Source of the DNA: Candidatus Babeliales bacterium
Lineage (GTDB): Bacteria > Babelota > Babeliae > Babelales > JBFXEV01
Direction of reading: 5' to 3'
DNA length: 64,000 nt
NCBI GenBank assembly: GCA_050179755.1
Contig: JBFXEV010000001.1
Coordinates: forward strand, 395,567-459,566
Positions 63,818 to 64,000 of the stretch are shown here, piece after piece; positions within the stretch are counted from its first letter, which is position 1, and each line of letters starts with the position of its first letter. Position numbers and translations under genes: made by a program. The notes beneath the pieces are model-generated. The model had not been told where the DNA came from and ran no database searches. It saw nothing but the letters and a program-made list of their open reading frames with translations.

Positions 63818-64000
63818 TTATTTATAGATTCCTAAAAGTTTATTCATTATACTATTTTTGAGAGCATCACGTAAAGCCACTCGTATGCTATTATCATCAT
63901 AAGTGCCCATAGGTACAAACCTTGTACTCGGAATTAATGGACTCAGTTTCGCTAACTTCTCATCAACAAGCGCATTAAATTCAGCCGTATTTATTATTCT
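63818..64000 (-). CDS. 3' end of an unidentified gene (partial, runs off the window)
   Basis: The minus-strand frame is open from the window edge (..NALVDEKLAKLSPLIPSTRFVPMGTYDDNSIRVALRDALKNSIMNKLLGIYK*). It stops 15 nt before the next gene start. Confidence 0.3.
   Translation of the reverse strand, partial: RIINTAEFNALVDEKLAKLSPLIPSTRFVPMGTYDDNSIRVALRDALKNSIMNKLLGIYK

Overview
Moderately AT-rich bacterial chromosome segment using the standard genetic code. It mixes a few housekeeping genes with a large accessory load. Housekeeping genes include a PfkB kinase, VKOR, DoxX, rdgB, atpD-atpC, a glutamine synthetase, a UvrA-like ABC ATPase and a YbaK-type deacylase. Many accessory products carry Sec-type signal peptides and eukaryote-like repeat domains, and there are several pseudogenes. 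This suggests a host- or protist-associated lineage (Dependentiae- or Legionellales-like), but that is only a guess from gene content. Two loci stand out. (1) 8.3-17.1 kb holds five tandem minus-strand paralogs. Each encodes a signal peptide, a Skp1-like (BTB-fold) domain and a 7-8 blade WD40 propeller; four of the five also end in a C-terminal TM anchor. The 120-bp blades are almost identical at DNA level except at a few codons. (2) 29-41.5 kb is a polymorphic-toxin-like super-locus. It has three about 2 kb genes with a shared, unrecognised N-terminal core and swapped C-terminal domains: PD-(D/E)xK-like twice and an His-rich type once. Each is followed by small cognate immunity-like genes, plus orphan and remnant modules. 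Other content: two unannotated metallothionein-like mini-genes, a duplicated atpC 3' end bracketing an insertion, and a DUF4143 ATPase next to a HerA-like ATPase. There are also two ankyrin paralogs bracketing an islet of small exported proteins, and an AbiEi/AbiEii pair. A PadR/UvrA2/TetR/MerR drug-response cluster, a deleted IS5-family element and a head-to-head truncation scar complete the window. No rRNA, tRNA or CRISPR array was seen. All family calls rest on motif recognition by eye; no searches were run.
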